DNA from: an uncultured Verrucomicrobiae bacterium
GTDB lineage: Bacteria; Verrucomicrobiota; Verrucomicrobiia; Chthoniobacterales; UBA10450
Length of the DNA stretch: 64,000 nt
Assembly (NCBI GenBank): GCA_963737195.1
Contig: CAVTRW010000005.1
Location: 159,982 to 223,981, forward strand
Direction of reading: 5' to 3'
Program-made: the position numbers and the translations under genes
The notes under the pieces: model-generated
Told to the model about the DNA's origin: nothing
Databases searched by the model: none
Seen by the model: only the letters and a program-made list of their open reading frames with translations
Shown: positions 1 to 8,205 of the stretch, one piece after another
How the letters are laid out: every line of letters begins with the position of its first letter
Position numbering within the stretch: position 1 is the stretch's first letter

Positions 1-1698
1 TCTCCCGTTGCGCCAGCCGAAGATTCCTACCCGACCTCGAATTTTCCTGCGTCCCCGGTACTGGAAGCCAAAGATGAAACAGCTTCTAAAGAAATTCCGG
101 CGGCGACATCCGCAACCGAGGAAACTCAAACGGTTGATACGGCAATGGTCGGGGAGCCGGAAGAAATCGAGACGCCACCGGAACTGCCGATCCAGCACCA
201 CGAAATCGCATCAGCGCCGGTTCGTGAGGAGGTTACGCACGACGGTGAATCTCCGCCCGCGTTTGAAAGCGAGCATCGCGTTCCTGTTGCGAGGGTTCGT
301 TTTTACAAAGCAGCCACAGTCCTCGCGATTACTGTTCTGCTCGTGGTCATCGGTGTGCTGGTGCGCGCGCGATTCACAGCGGAGAAGCTGGTGCGCGCTC
401 GCGACGTCGCGGAAAGTGAGCGGGCGCAAGCTGAAAAGCTGACGAATTTCCTGCAGCGCACATTCTCGTTGTCAGACGAAAATGTCACTTCGGTTTGGCC
501 AGTGCCGCAACGCAAAGCGATGACGGTGCCGGAGATGCTCGATCAAATCGCACCGCGAATCGACAAAGAGTTTCGCGATCGTCCCGCTTTGCACGCCGGA
601 ATGTTGCGCATGATCGGCAGCGCTTACGCGTCGCAGGGAAAATATGATGCGGCGGAGAAAAATCTGCGAGCGGCCTTTGGCGCGCAAGTTCGTCTTCATG
701 GCGAAGAAGACGCGGAGACCGCTGCCACGATGGTTGAACTCGGAATTCTGTCGGCGCGCGAGCTAAAACCTGATGATGCGCAACGCTATCTGGAAAGGGC
801 GATCCGTTTTTATCGCGAACAGCGAGCGTCCAATGCGTCGGGATTCAATCCTGCGAAATTCGCACTCGCTCTCGCGTATCTCGGAGAAACAAAGTTTACG
901 CAGGGTGATTCGACCGCGGGTATTTCCGCGATGAGGGAAGCTTTGGAAGTTTCCTCGGCTGCAAATCTGCAAGGCGCTGAGAAAAATGTGTTGGCCTTCA
1001 GCCAGGGTCGCCTCGGCTCGGCGTTCATTTTACTGGGTGAAACCGATCAGGGCGAACCATTGCTTCGCAAAGCGATCGTTGAATATGCCAGGGAATCGGC
1101 GGAGCCGCGGTGGGAGATGGGCGAGCTGGTCATGATGCTCGGCGTCGCCGCGCTCAATCGAGATCAGCCTAACGACGCGCAAAAATATCTGGCGCAGAGC
1201 GAACAAATTTTGCGCCAAACGCTGGGCAGCAAAAATATTTATCTGGTGACGAACCTTGATTATCAAGCGTCTGCTTTGGCGATGCAGGGCGATTTCAAGC
1301 CGGCCGAAGAAAAGGCGCGCGAATGCCTCGCCTTATGTCAGGAAGTCTCTCCGCAAAACAAGCTGCCGTGGGCGGGACCGCTCCGCACTCTGGGAAATAT
1401 TCTCACTCTCGCCGGGCAAGCTAAAGAAGGCGAAAATTACTACCGTGAAGCGCTCCGTATTTGCGAACGGCAGGCAACGCAAAACTTCAGCCTGATCGTG
1501 CCTTTGAAAATTCAGTTGTGCCATTTGTTGCTCGCACAGCAACGCCTCACCGAAGCGGAAAATCTCGCGTTTGAGGCCCAGACCGAAGCGCAGCGGCATT
1601 TTGACGAGCAAGATCCGGTGCGAAAAGCCGCCGCCAGTAATCTGATTCAAATTTACCGCAAACAAGGCAAGGACACGGCCGCGCAGACCGTGCGTTAA
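1..1698 (+). CDS. TPR-repeat membrane protein, 5' end outside the window (listed ORF 145..1698 starts only at the first in-window Met)
   Basis: The frame is open from nt 1. One TM helix (ATVLAITVLLVVIGVLV) is followed by about 400 aa of TPR-like helical repeats, an architecture typical of C-terminal halves of Ser/Thr kinases or sensor proteins. Confidence 0.6.
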   Translation, partial: SPVAPAEDSYPTSNFPASPVLEAKDETASKEIPAATSATEETQTVDTAMVGEPEEIETPPELPIQHHEIASAPVREEVTHDGESPPAFESEHRVPVARVRFYKAATVLAITVLLVVIGVLVRARFTAEKLVRARDVAESERAQAEKLTNFLQRTFSLSDENVTSVWPVPQRKAMTVPEMLDQIAPRIDKEFRDRPALHAGMLRMIGSAYASQGKYDAAEKNLRAAFGAQVRLHGEEDAETAATMVELGILSARELKPDDAQRYLERAIRFYREQRASNASGFNPAKFALALAYLGETKFTQGDSTAGISAMREALEVSSAANLQGAEKNVLAFSQGRLGSAFILLGETDQGEPLLRKAIVEYARESAEPRWEMGELVMMLGVAALNRDQPNDAQKYLAQSEQILRQTLGSKNIYLVTNLDYQASALAMQGDFKPAEEKARECLALCQEVSPQNKLPWAGPLRTLGNILTLAGQAKEGENYYREALRICERQATQNFSLIVPLKIQLCHLLLAQQRLTEAENLAFEAQTEAQRHFDEQDPVRKAAASNLIQIYRKQGKDTAAQTVR

Positions 1699-1778
1699 AA
1701 CGGCGACTGTCCGGGCGCACAGCGAGAAAATCGCAGCGACCAATTGAGAAAAAACTCGAATTGCGATATTAATAGCGC

Positions 1779-1997
1779 ATGCCAAAAGAGGCGCAGATCG
1801 TAACTGAGGGAACGGTCACGCAGGTTTTGCCGGGCACGATGTTTCGCGTGGATCTACCCGGATCGCACAACGTGCTCGCGCATATTTCGGGAAAGATGCG
1901 TAAGAATTTCATCCGGATCGTACCGGGCGATAAAGTCGAAGTGGAATTGTCGCCCTACGATCTGACCAAGGCGCGCATCATTTTCCGCGAGAAATAA
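1779..1997 (+). CDS. infA: translation initiation factor IF-1
   Basis: The 72-aa protein has the S1-like IF-1 signature ([16 protein letters not shown]...[36 protein letters not shown]). Confidence 0.95.
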   Translation: MPKEAQIVTEGTVTQVLPGTMFRVDLPGSHNVLAHISGKMRKNFIRIVPGDKVEVELSPYDLTKARIIFREK

Positions 1998-2173
1998 AGC
2001 GGCATCGTCGTTGCCGCGCGAAATTAACGGCGTGCGGCAGGAGTTACGAAACTCTCGTAAGCGCGCTCGTCCCATCAATTCCGTAATAAACACGGGTGGT
2101 TGAATTTTCGCCGGAACGTTTGCCGAAGAACGGCACGCGGCGATATTGGGAGAAACCTACAGGAGAAAGATTT

Positions 2174-2488
2174 ATGGCTGAAGATAATAAGACATCGACT
2201 GGAACGGGCGACGCTCAAAGCAAACTGGAAAGCAGCAAAACCCACGCGCGGAAAGCCGCGGAAGATTTAAAGTCGGCCGCAAGCGCGGTCGCCGGCGAAT
2301 ATCGCGGCAAAGCGGAAGAGGCTTGGGAAGGTGCTCGCGGCAAGGCGGAACAAGCCTGGGATGATGCGCGCTCGCGCGCCCGCACTTTCCAGGACGACGC
2401 CGAAGAATACGTGCGCGAGAATCCGACCAAGGCTGTTTTTACCGCGCTCGGTATCGGCTTTGTTCTCGGATTAATTTTCCGTCGTTAG
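2174..2488 (+). CDS. DUF883 / YqjD-ElaB family membrane-anchored stress protein
   Basis: ATG at 2174 is preceded by AGGAGA. The protein has a charged coiled N-terminal part and the C-terminal anchor ENPTKAVFTALGIGFVLGLIFRR typical of ElaB/YqjD. Confidence 0.75.
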   Translation: MAEDNKTSTGTGDAQSKLESSKTHARKAAEDLKSAASAVAGEYRGKAEEAWEGARGKAEQAWDDARSRARTFQDDAEEYVRENPTKAVFTALGIGFVLGLIFRR

Positions 2489-2500
2489 CAGAATCGCGGC

Positions 2501-2923
2501 ATGGCTGGCGAACCCATGCGGTTCCGCAATCCTGCGGGACATCGCGGTCTGTTGGACAATTTGTTCGGCGCGCTCCACGCGTTCATCGCATTTTTCGAGA
2601 GCCGATTTGAGCTGGCTGCGCAGGAATCCAAGTCCGCGCTAGTCAACGTCGTTGTTCTTGTCATCTGCATTGTCGCGGCGGCGATGTTGTGCGGGATCGC
2701 CTTCATGTTTCTGCTCGTCGGCGCGATTGCCGGGATCGCCCACGCATTGCACGTGTGGTGGGTGTGGGTCGCGCTCGCGGTCGCACTCATTTTGTTTGTG
2801 CTCGCGATTTTGTGCGTCATCATCGCGCGCACTCGAATGAAGAAGCCGATGTTCCACGCTACGGCTACGGAACTGAAGAAGGACAGAGAATGGCTAAAGA
2901 CCCTGGGCAAAAACGATCTTTAG
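2501..2923 (+). CDS. YqjE-like / holin-X family small membrane protein
   Basis: The 140-aa protein has two long hydrophobic helices and lies directly downstream of the DUF883 gene, as in yqjD-yqjE. Confidence 0.55.
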   Translation: MAGEPMRFRNPAGHRGLLDNLFGALHAFIAFFESRFELAAQESKSALVNVVVLVICIVAAAMLCGIAFMFLLVGAIAGIAHALHVWWVWVALAVALILFVLAILCVIIARTRMKKPMFHATATELKKDREWLKTLGKNDL

Positions 2924-3282
2924 ACGAGATCAAACAGCGCATCGAGCGTTCGCGTTACGAGTTAGGGCGCGACCTCAGTGGTCTCCGCTATGAGTTGGAT
3001 ATTCCGCTCAAGATCAAGAAATCATTCCAGCGCAAGACGACGTTGTGGATAACGGCCGCTGTCGTTATCGGTTTGATGTTCACGGTCGGTCCTGTACGGA
3101 AGAAAAAAATTTACGTCGACGCCAAAGGGAAACGAAAGGGAACGAAAAAGCTCGTCGAGACGGGATTGCTCCTGACCGCGGCAAAGTTCGCGGCCAGCCT
3201 TCTGAAGCCTGTGCTCGTCAGCTACGTGACGCAGAAGTTCAAACCATCCTTCGGCGGCTCTCGCTCGCGGGAAAAATGGTGA
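2890..3282 (+). CDS. small membrane protein, possible YqjK-like third member of the operon
   Basis: An internal ATG at 2890 (MAKDPGQKRSLDEIKQRIERSRYELGRDL...) precedes one TM helix. The listed ORF 2689..3282 has an Arg-rich, implausible N-terminus. Confidence 0.4.
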   Translation: MAKDPGQKRSLDEIKQRIERSRYELGRDLSGLRYELDIPLKIKKSFQRKTTLWITAAVVIGLMFTVGPVRKKKIYVDAKGKRKGTKKLVETGLLLTAAKFAASLLKPVLVSYVTQKFKPSFGGSRSREKW

Positions 3283-3311
3283 AACGGTTTTAGATTTACG
3301 CAGGTTGCCCG

Positions 3312-4430
3312 GTGCATAAGAATCGGCGCCGGATTGTGACGACGAAAACAACCGAGCAGCCGGGCAATCTCGCGCACGTAAACGAATATTTGGCCATCGC
3401 GCAAGAAGCGGGCGCATCGGATGTTCATCTTGGCGTCAACGCGCCCCCGCTTTGGCGGTTACACGGAACTTTGCAACCGATCTGGCCTGACGCAGCGCGC
3501 CTGACAAAGAAGGAAACCATTGCTCTGGCGCAGGGTTTTCTTTCCGAGCTGCACCAGAAACAGCTTGCCGATCGTGGCGACGCCGATTTCGCCTACGCGA
3601 CGGAGTTTGGTCGCTTTCGCACAAGTGTCGTTCGTCAACGATTAGGAACCGACATCGTATTTCGCATCATCAATACGCGCGTGCGCACGATGGACGAGCT
3701 TGGTTTACCGGAACATCTCAAACTGCTCACGCGTTATCAGAACGGTCTCATCCTCGTCACCGGTTCGGTTGGCAGCGGAAAATCGACGACGCTCGCTGCA
3801 CTCGTCGAACAGATAAATGTCGAACGTCGCGAACATATCATCACGCTGGAAGATCCGATCGAATATGTTTTCGAGCCGAAAGGTTGCCACATCACGCAGC
3901 GCGAAGTGCATACGCACACGCGCTCGTTCGGCGCTGCGCTGCGCGGCGCACTGCGTGAAGATCCGGATGTCATCATGGTCGGCGAGATGCGCGACCTCGA
4001 GACGATCTCGCTCGCCATCACTGCGTCGGAAACGGGGCACCTTGTGCTCGGCACGCTTCATACCGGCAACGCCTCGCGGACGCTCGACCGGTTGCTCGAT
4101 GTTTTTCCAGTCGATCAACAGGAGCAGATTCGCATCATGGTCAGCGAATCGCTGCGCGGAATCATTAGCCAGCAGCTCGTGCCACGAGCCGACGGAACGG
4201 GCCGCGTGCTCGCGATTGAAACTCTGACCAACACACCGGCCGTCGCTAACGTCATTCGTGAAGCGAAAACATTCATGCTGCCGGGAATCATTCAGACGGG
4301 AAGGAAACAGGGAATGCAGTTGATGGATGATTCGTTAGGCGAATTGCAAGAGCAAGGTTTGATCAGCGCCGAGGAAGCCTACGAGCGCGCGGAACAGAAG
4401 CAGCAAATGCGAACACATCTAAAGATGTGA
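3312..4430 (+). CDS. pilT: type IV pilus twitching-motility (retraction) ATPase PilT
   Basis: Walker A GSVGSGKSTT, Asp box, Walker B DPDVIMVGEMRD, His box GHLVLGTLHT and the PilT-type AIRNLIRE-like motif VANVIREAK. Confidence 0.9.
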   Translation: MHKNRRRIVTTKTTEQPGNLAHVNEYLAIAQEAGASDVHLGVNAPPLWRLHGTLQPIWPDAARLTKKETIALAQGFLSELHQKQLADRGDADFAYATEFGRFRTSVVRQRLGTDIVFRIINTRVRTMDELGLPEHLKLLTRYQNGLILVTGSVGSGKSTTLAALVEQINVERREHIITLEDPIEYVFEPKGCHITQREVHTHTRSFGAALRGALREDPDVIMVGEMRDLETISLAITASETGHLVLGTLHTGNASRTLDRLLDVFPVDQQEQIRIMVSESLRGIISQQLVPRADGTGRVLAIETLTNTPAVANVIREAKTFMLPGIIQTGRKQGMQLMDDSLGELQEQGLISAEEAYERAEQKQQMRTHLKM

Positions 4431-4561
4431 AAACCCCAAGCCCCAATCACCAAACCCCAGGGAAGCTTCAAGCTCCAAAATTCAGATGGGCCTGCGATCG
4501 CATCTCTTTTTGGGGATTGGTTGATTGGGATTTCCCTGGAACTTGGGGTTTGGGGTTTGGG
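4431..4561. repeat. long imperfect hairpin built from CCCCAA / TTGGGG units between pilT and its paralog
   Basis: The outer arm aaaccccaagccccaa pairs with ttggggtttggggttt (15/16). The inner arm ccagggaa pairs with ttccctgg. Confidence 0.7.
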
Positions 4562-4569
4562 ATTTCCTA

Positions 4570-5730
4570 ATGGCGTATCTCGATCAATTTTTCCAATTGC
4601 TGGTAAAGGAAGGTGCCTCCGACCTCCATATCGGCGAAGGACAGCCGCCCAAAATCCGCCGGCACGGCGATGTCATGCCCATTCGCACCGAATCGGTGAC
4701 GCACGAGGAAGCCATCGTAATGATGAGCGAAATTTGCGGCGCGAAAAATTGGGAACTATTCAAGGAACGCGGCGATCTCGACTTTGCCTACGAGATGGAT
4801 AAGGCGTCGCGTTTCCGCTGCAATTTCTTGAAACAGGCGAACGGATACGGGGCTGTCTTTCGTCTGATCCCGACAAAAATCGCGAGCATCGAAGAACTCG
4901 GAATCCCGCCAGTGGTGAAACAGTTTGCGCATTTGCGCGGTGGACTTGTTCTCGTGACCGGTCCGACAGGTTCGGGAAAATCGACGACGCTGGCAGCATT
5001 GATCGATTACATAAACGAGAAATTTGCGCGCCACATCGTGACGATCGAAGAACCAATCGAGTTCGTGCACGATAACAAGCGCAGCGTCATCACGCAGCGC
5101 GAAGTGCCAACTGATTCCGAGTCGTTCCCGATCGGATTGAAAGCGGCGTTGCGCGAAGATGCGGACATCGTCCTCGTCGGCGAGATGCGCGATCTCGAAA
5201 CCATTTCGCTGGCGCTGACCGCGGCCGAAACCGGTCTGCTTGTTTTCGGAACCCTGCACACGAACAACGCGCGCAAGACCGTCGATCGCATGATCGATGC
5301 ATTCCCCGCGGACAAACAACCGCAGGTCCGCACGATGCTGGCTAATTCACTGCGCGGTGTGCTGGCGCAACTGTTGTTGAAAAAAGCGGACGGCTCGGGG
5401 CGCGTCGCAGTGAATGAAATCCTGATCGCGAATTCAGCCGTGGCCGCGATCATTCGCGAAGGGGCTACGCAAAAACTTCAGGACGTGATCGTTGCCGGCA
5501 AAGGCGAGGGCATGCAATTTATGGACGACGCGATCTGGGCGTTGCTGCAGCAAGGGATCGTCTCGCCCCATGAAGCGTTCATGAAATCGATCGACAAAAA
5601 TCTTTTCAAAAAATTTCTGCCAGCGGAAGAACGAGACCTTAGCAATTCCGCCGGCGCCGCACCGGATGATGAGAAGCGCGTCCCCGGGAATTTTGTGAAG
5701 ATCACGCGGCGTGGAGGCAAACGTTTGTGA
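4570..5730 (+). CDS. PilT-family ATPase, second paralog (PilU-like)
   Basis: ATG at 4570 (MAYLDQFFQLLVKEGASDLHI). Walker A GPTGSGKSTT, DADIVLVGEMRD and GLLVFGTLHT are present. Confidence 0.9.
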   Translation: MAYLDQFFQLLVKEGASDLHIGEGQPPKIRRHGDVMPIRTESVTHEEAIVMMSEICGAKNWELFKERGDLDFAYEMDKASRFRCNFLKQANGYGAVFRLIPTKIASIEELGIPPVVKQFAHLRGGLVLVTGPTGSGKSTTLAALIDYINEKFARHIVTIEEPIEFVHDNKRSVITQREVPTDSESFPIGLKAALREDADIVLVGEMRDLETISLALTAAETGLLVFGTLHTNNARKTVDRMIDAFPADKQPQVRTMLANSLRGVLAQLLLKKADGSGRVAVNEILIANSAVAAIIREGATQKLQDVIVAGKGEGMQFMDDAIWALLQQGIVSPHEAFMKSIDKNLFKKFLPAEERDLSNSAGAAPDDEKRVPGNFVKITRRGGKRL

Positions 5731-5764
5731 TTTGGTTGTATGTTCGGGCTCGATGCAGCGATCT

Positions 5765-5859
5765 CTCTCCCCATGGGAGAGGGTAGGGTGAGGGCCAAGT
5801 GAGGAACCTGGGCAACTAAAGAAAGACCCTCACCTCAATCCTCTCCCTCGAGGGAGAGG
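5765..5859. repeat. cruciform-type palindromic element (ctctccccatgggagagggtagggtgaggg ... ccctcacctcaatcctctccctcgagggagagg)
   Basis: The two arms pair with each other and each contains its own small palindrome. A partial copy lies at about 30534-30564. Confidence 0.6.
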
Positions 5860-6090
5860 AAGCAGACGCGCGATCTGTGATAAGCTGCATCTCCCGGTGT
5901 TTTTGTCCGTTGTGGAGTTCGCCGGTCGGACTCCCAGGGGTCGCTTCGTTGACAACAAAAATAGCGGCTGTTAGGCTTCGCGGAAATTTTAGGCGGGTGA
6001 CCGCAGGCGAAGGGTCGGCGGTTCCCGAAAGCACCTCTGCATTCGCTACTTAACAGTCAGGTTCTGGTATTAAATCGCCTGTGGCAGGCG

Positions 6091-6648
6091 GTGAATATCT
6101 GCTCGGCGCGTCGCGCCTTCGCGCTCGTCTATGCCGGTCACGCCCAGGTCGTTTCGTCTGATCCGGAAAACAATTTTCTCACGCACGATTTCGATAGCTG
6201 GCTCGATTTTTCCGGTTCAGCCCCGGAGCACGAAATGGTGCAGACCATTTCATGGAAGATACGCGTCCCGCGCGTCATCGTGCTGCTACTCTTCGATCGG
6301 CTGCCGAAGAAGGAAGTGAAGTTCACGCGTCACAACGTCTTCGAGCGCGACAAAAACACCTGCCAATATTGCGGCCACATTTTTGATCGCAGCGAATTGA
6401 ACCTCGATCATGTGCTGCCGCGCGACCGCGGCGGAACGACCGTTTGGGAAAACGTGGTGTGCTCGTGTATTCCGTGCAACACGCGAAAGGGAAATCGTCT
6501 CCCGCATGAAGCGCACATGACATTGATCCGCAAACCGAAGCGGCCGAAATGGCGGCCGTTTGTTCATGTCACGTTCACGACGCAACAGCACGAAAGCTGG
6601 CGACACTTTGTCGACCTTGCGTACTGGAACGTCGAGCTTAGCGACTAG
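6091..6648 (+). CDS. HNH endonuclease family protein
   Basis: The HNH/zinc motif is CQYCG...LNLDHVLPRDRGGTTVWENVVCSCIPCNTRKGN. The start codon is GTG. Confidence 0.8.
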   Translation: MNICSARRAFALVYAGHAQVVSSDPENNFLTHDFDSWLDFSGSAPEHEMVQTISWKIRVPRVIVLLLFDRLPKKEVKFTRHNVFERDKNTCQYCGHIFDRSELNLDHVLPRDRGGTTVWENVVCSCIPCNTRKGNRLPHEAHMTLIRKPKRPKWRPFVHVTFTTQQHESWRHFVDLAYWNVELSD

Positions 6649-6660
6649 TCGTCATAACTT

Positions 6661-6751
6661 GTCATCCCGAGCGCAAGCGAGGGACCTCACGATCTCAGTA
6701 GTGGTCGACCAAAGTTATGTCGTGAGGTCCCTCGCGTGCCCTGGGGATGAG
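6661..6751. repeat. palindromic element family A, copy 1 (GTCATCCCGAGCG-N5-GAGGGACCTCACG ... CGTGAGGTCCCTCGC ...)
   Basis: Inverted arms at about 6661-6691 and 6721-6751, lying between the convergent HNH and nuoN genes. Confidence 0.8.
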
Positions 6752-6777
6752 CCGCAATTAGTGCCGCTGACCGAATG

Positions 6778-8205
6778 TCAACGCGTTAGTGCGTGCAGAA
6801 TCGGCTGCGGATAAACTCCAAGCACGATATTCGCGACCAGTAACAGCGTGATCGCCGCGCGCGAGAGTCCGCTGATAGGAATTGCGTCGCGATTCTTCGG
6901 TTCTTCCCAGTACATCGCGCGCACGACTTTTAAATAATAATAAAAACCGCATCCAACCGTGACGACACCCACGGCTGCGAGCGCAAACTGGCGTTGCTGG
7001 ATCGCAGCGTCGAAAACGAAGAACTTCCCTAAAAATCCGGCGGTGAACGGAACGCCCGCGAGCGAGATCATTGCAACAAGCATGGCGAAGGCGAGAAAGG
7101 GCGAGCGTTTGCTCAAACCATTGAAATCCTGGATTTTTTCGCCGCTCTGATTTGCCACCACGATTAGCACCGCAAAACTCAGCAGCGTCATGACCAGGTA
7201 CGCGACGAGATAATAACTGGTCGCGACGCCGGACATCGAAACGATGCCGATCAGCAAATATCCAGTGTGACCAATGCTCGAGTAAGCGAGCAGTCGCTTG
7301 AGATTGCTTTGCGGAAGTGCGGCGAGGTTTCCGTAAATCAAAGTCAGGATCGCGACGATGACGAGAGCACGCTGCACCTGCGGCAAAATGAAGAATGGGT
7401 GCAGAATTCGAAGAAGAACGACGAACCCGGCAGCTTTTGAACCAACGGAAAGAAAAGCCGTGATTGGCGTCGGCGCGCCTTCGTAAACGTCCGGCACCCA
7501 GATCTGCAATGGGACGGCGGCGATCTTGAACCCGAGCGCGACCAGAACCAGCACCATTCCAAAAAGCGCCGGCATCGTTTCGATGTGACCACTCGTTAGG
7601 GCAGCCGCCACCCGATCGAGATTCGTTTCGCCGGTCACGCCGAAAATCCAGGTAATGCCGTAAACGAGAAAACCGGTCGCGACGGCGCTGAGAATCAGGT
7701 ATTTCACACCCGCTTCCAGGGTCGCGGGATTGCGTCGCGTAAAACTGACGAGGACGTAGAACGAAACCGAAACAAGCTCGATCGAAACGAAGATCATGAC
7801 GAAGTCGATCGCGGAGGCGATCCACATCAATCCCGCGCAGGTAAAAAGCGGCAGCGCGAAGAATTCGCCGAGACCCGCTTGCGAAGTGACGCCGTGAACT
7901 AACGAGCGCACGGTCGGCGCGTAATCGATCATCATGATCAGCACAAAAATCGTCGTTACGAGCGCGAAGCGTTTGAAGAAAATCGCGAGCGAATCAGCCG
8001 CATAGAAATTCCAAAATGCCGATGGATGATCGACCGGCGCAGGCGCGACGAAGAAGCTGGCGAGCAAAATCACGACGAGACCGGCGATCGCCGCATAGGC
8101 GATTCCTTCCTTTTCGATTTTCTCGGAGAACGCTTCGAGCAGCAGCAACCCGGCGCCGAGAAGAATGACGGCGATCTCGAGAGTGGGCGCGCCGATCATG
8201 ATCAC
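6778..8205 (-). CDS. nuoN: NADH-quinone oxidoreductase subunit N
   Basis: The 475-aa polytopic antiporter-like subunit is the last gene of the nuo cluster and overlaps the nuoM stop. Confidence 0.9.
   Translation of the reverse strand: MIMIGAPTLEIAVILLGAGLLLLEAFSEKIEKEGIAYAAIAGLVVILLASFFVAPAPVDHPSAFWNFYAADSLAIFFKRFALVTTIFVLIMMIDYAPTVRSLVHGVTSQAGLGEFFALPLFTCAGLMWIASAIDFVMIFVSIELVSVSFYVLVSFTRRNPATLEAGVKYLILSAVATGFLVYGITWIFGVTGETNLDRVAAALTSGHIETMPALFGMVLVLVALGFKIAAVPLQIWVPDVYEGAPTPITAFLSVGSKAAGFVVLLRILHPFFILPQVQRALVIVAILTLIYGNLAALPQSNLKRLLAYSSIGHTGYLLIGIVSMSGVATSYYLVAYLVMTLLSFAVLIVVANQSGEKIQDFNGLSKRSPFLAFAMLVAMISLAGVPFTAGFLGKFFVFDAAIQQRQFALAAVGVVTVGCGFYYYLKVVRAMYWEEPKNRDAIPISGLSRAAITLLLVANIVLGVYPQPILHALTR

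Noticed and set aside
8-442. The 144-aa ORF at the window start
   Set aside because: The product is extremely Arg/Lys-rich, and the ORF overlaps the open frame of the TPR protein that continues from upstream of the window.
5860-6090. A possible ncRNA (SRP RNA, 6S, RNase P, riboswitch) in the largest intergenic region upstream of the HNH gene
   Set aside because: I could not find any conserved signature (for example the SRP GGAA/AGCA motifs or the tRNA cloverleaf) on either strand. It remains unassigned rather than called.
6091-6648. The HNH endonuclease as part of a mobile element, homing intron or defence system
   Set aside because: It is a stand-alone gene with no intron or intein context, no partner methylase or ATPase, no flanking direct repeats, and composition similar to its surroundings. 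It belongs to a widespread housekeeping-like HNH family.
6758-7825. The 355-aa ORF on the minus strand inside nuoN and other long alternative-frame ORFs (10300..11280, 13567..14454, 14978-region alternatives, 37260..38363, 45310..46239, 46487..47620, 30723..31430)
   Set aside because: They overlap strongly conserved genes (nuoN, nuoL, nuoH, glgB, AraC regulator, purH, prfB) in another frame or on the opposite strand. Their Arg/Ser/Pro-rich low-complexity composition is typical of shadow ORFs in GC-rich DNA.
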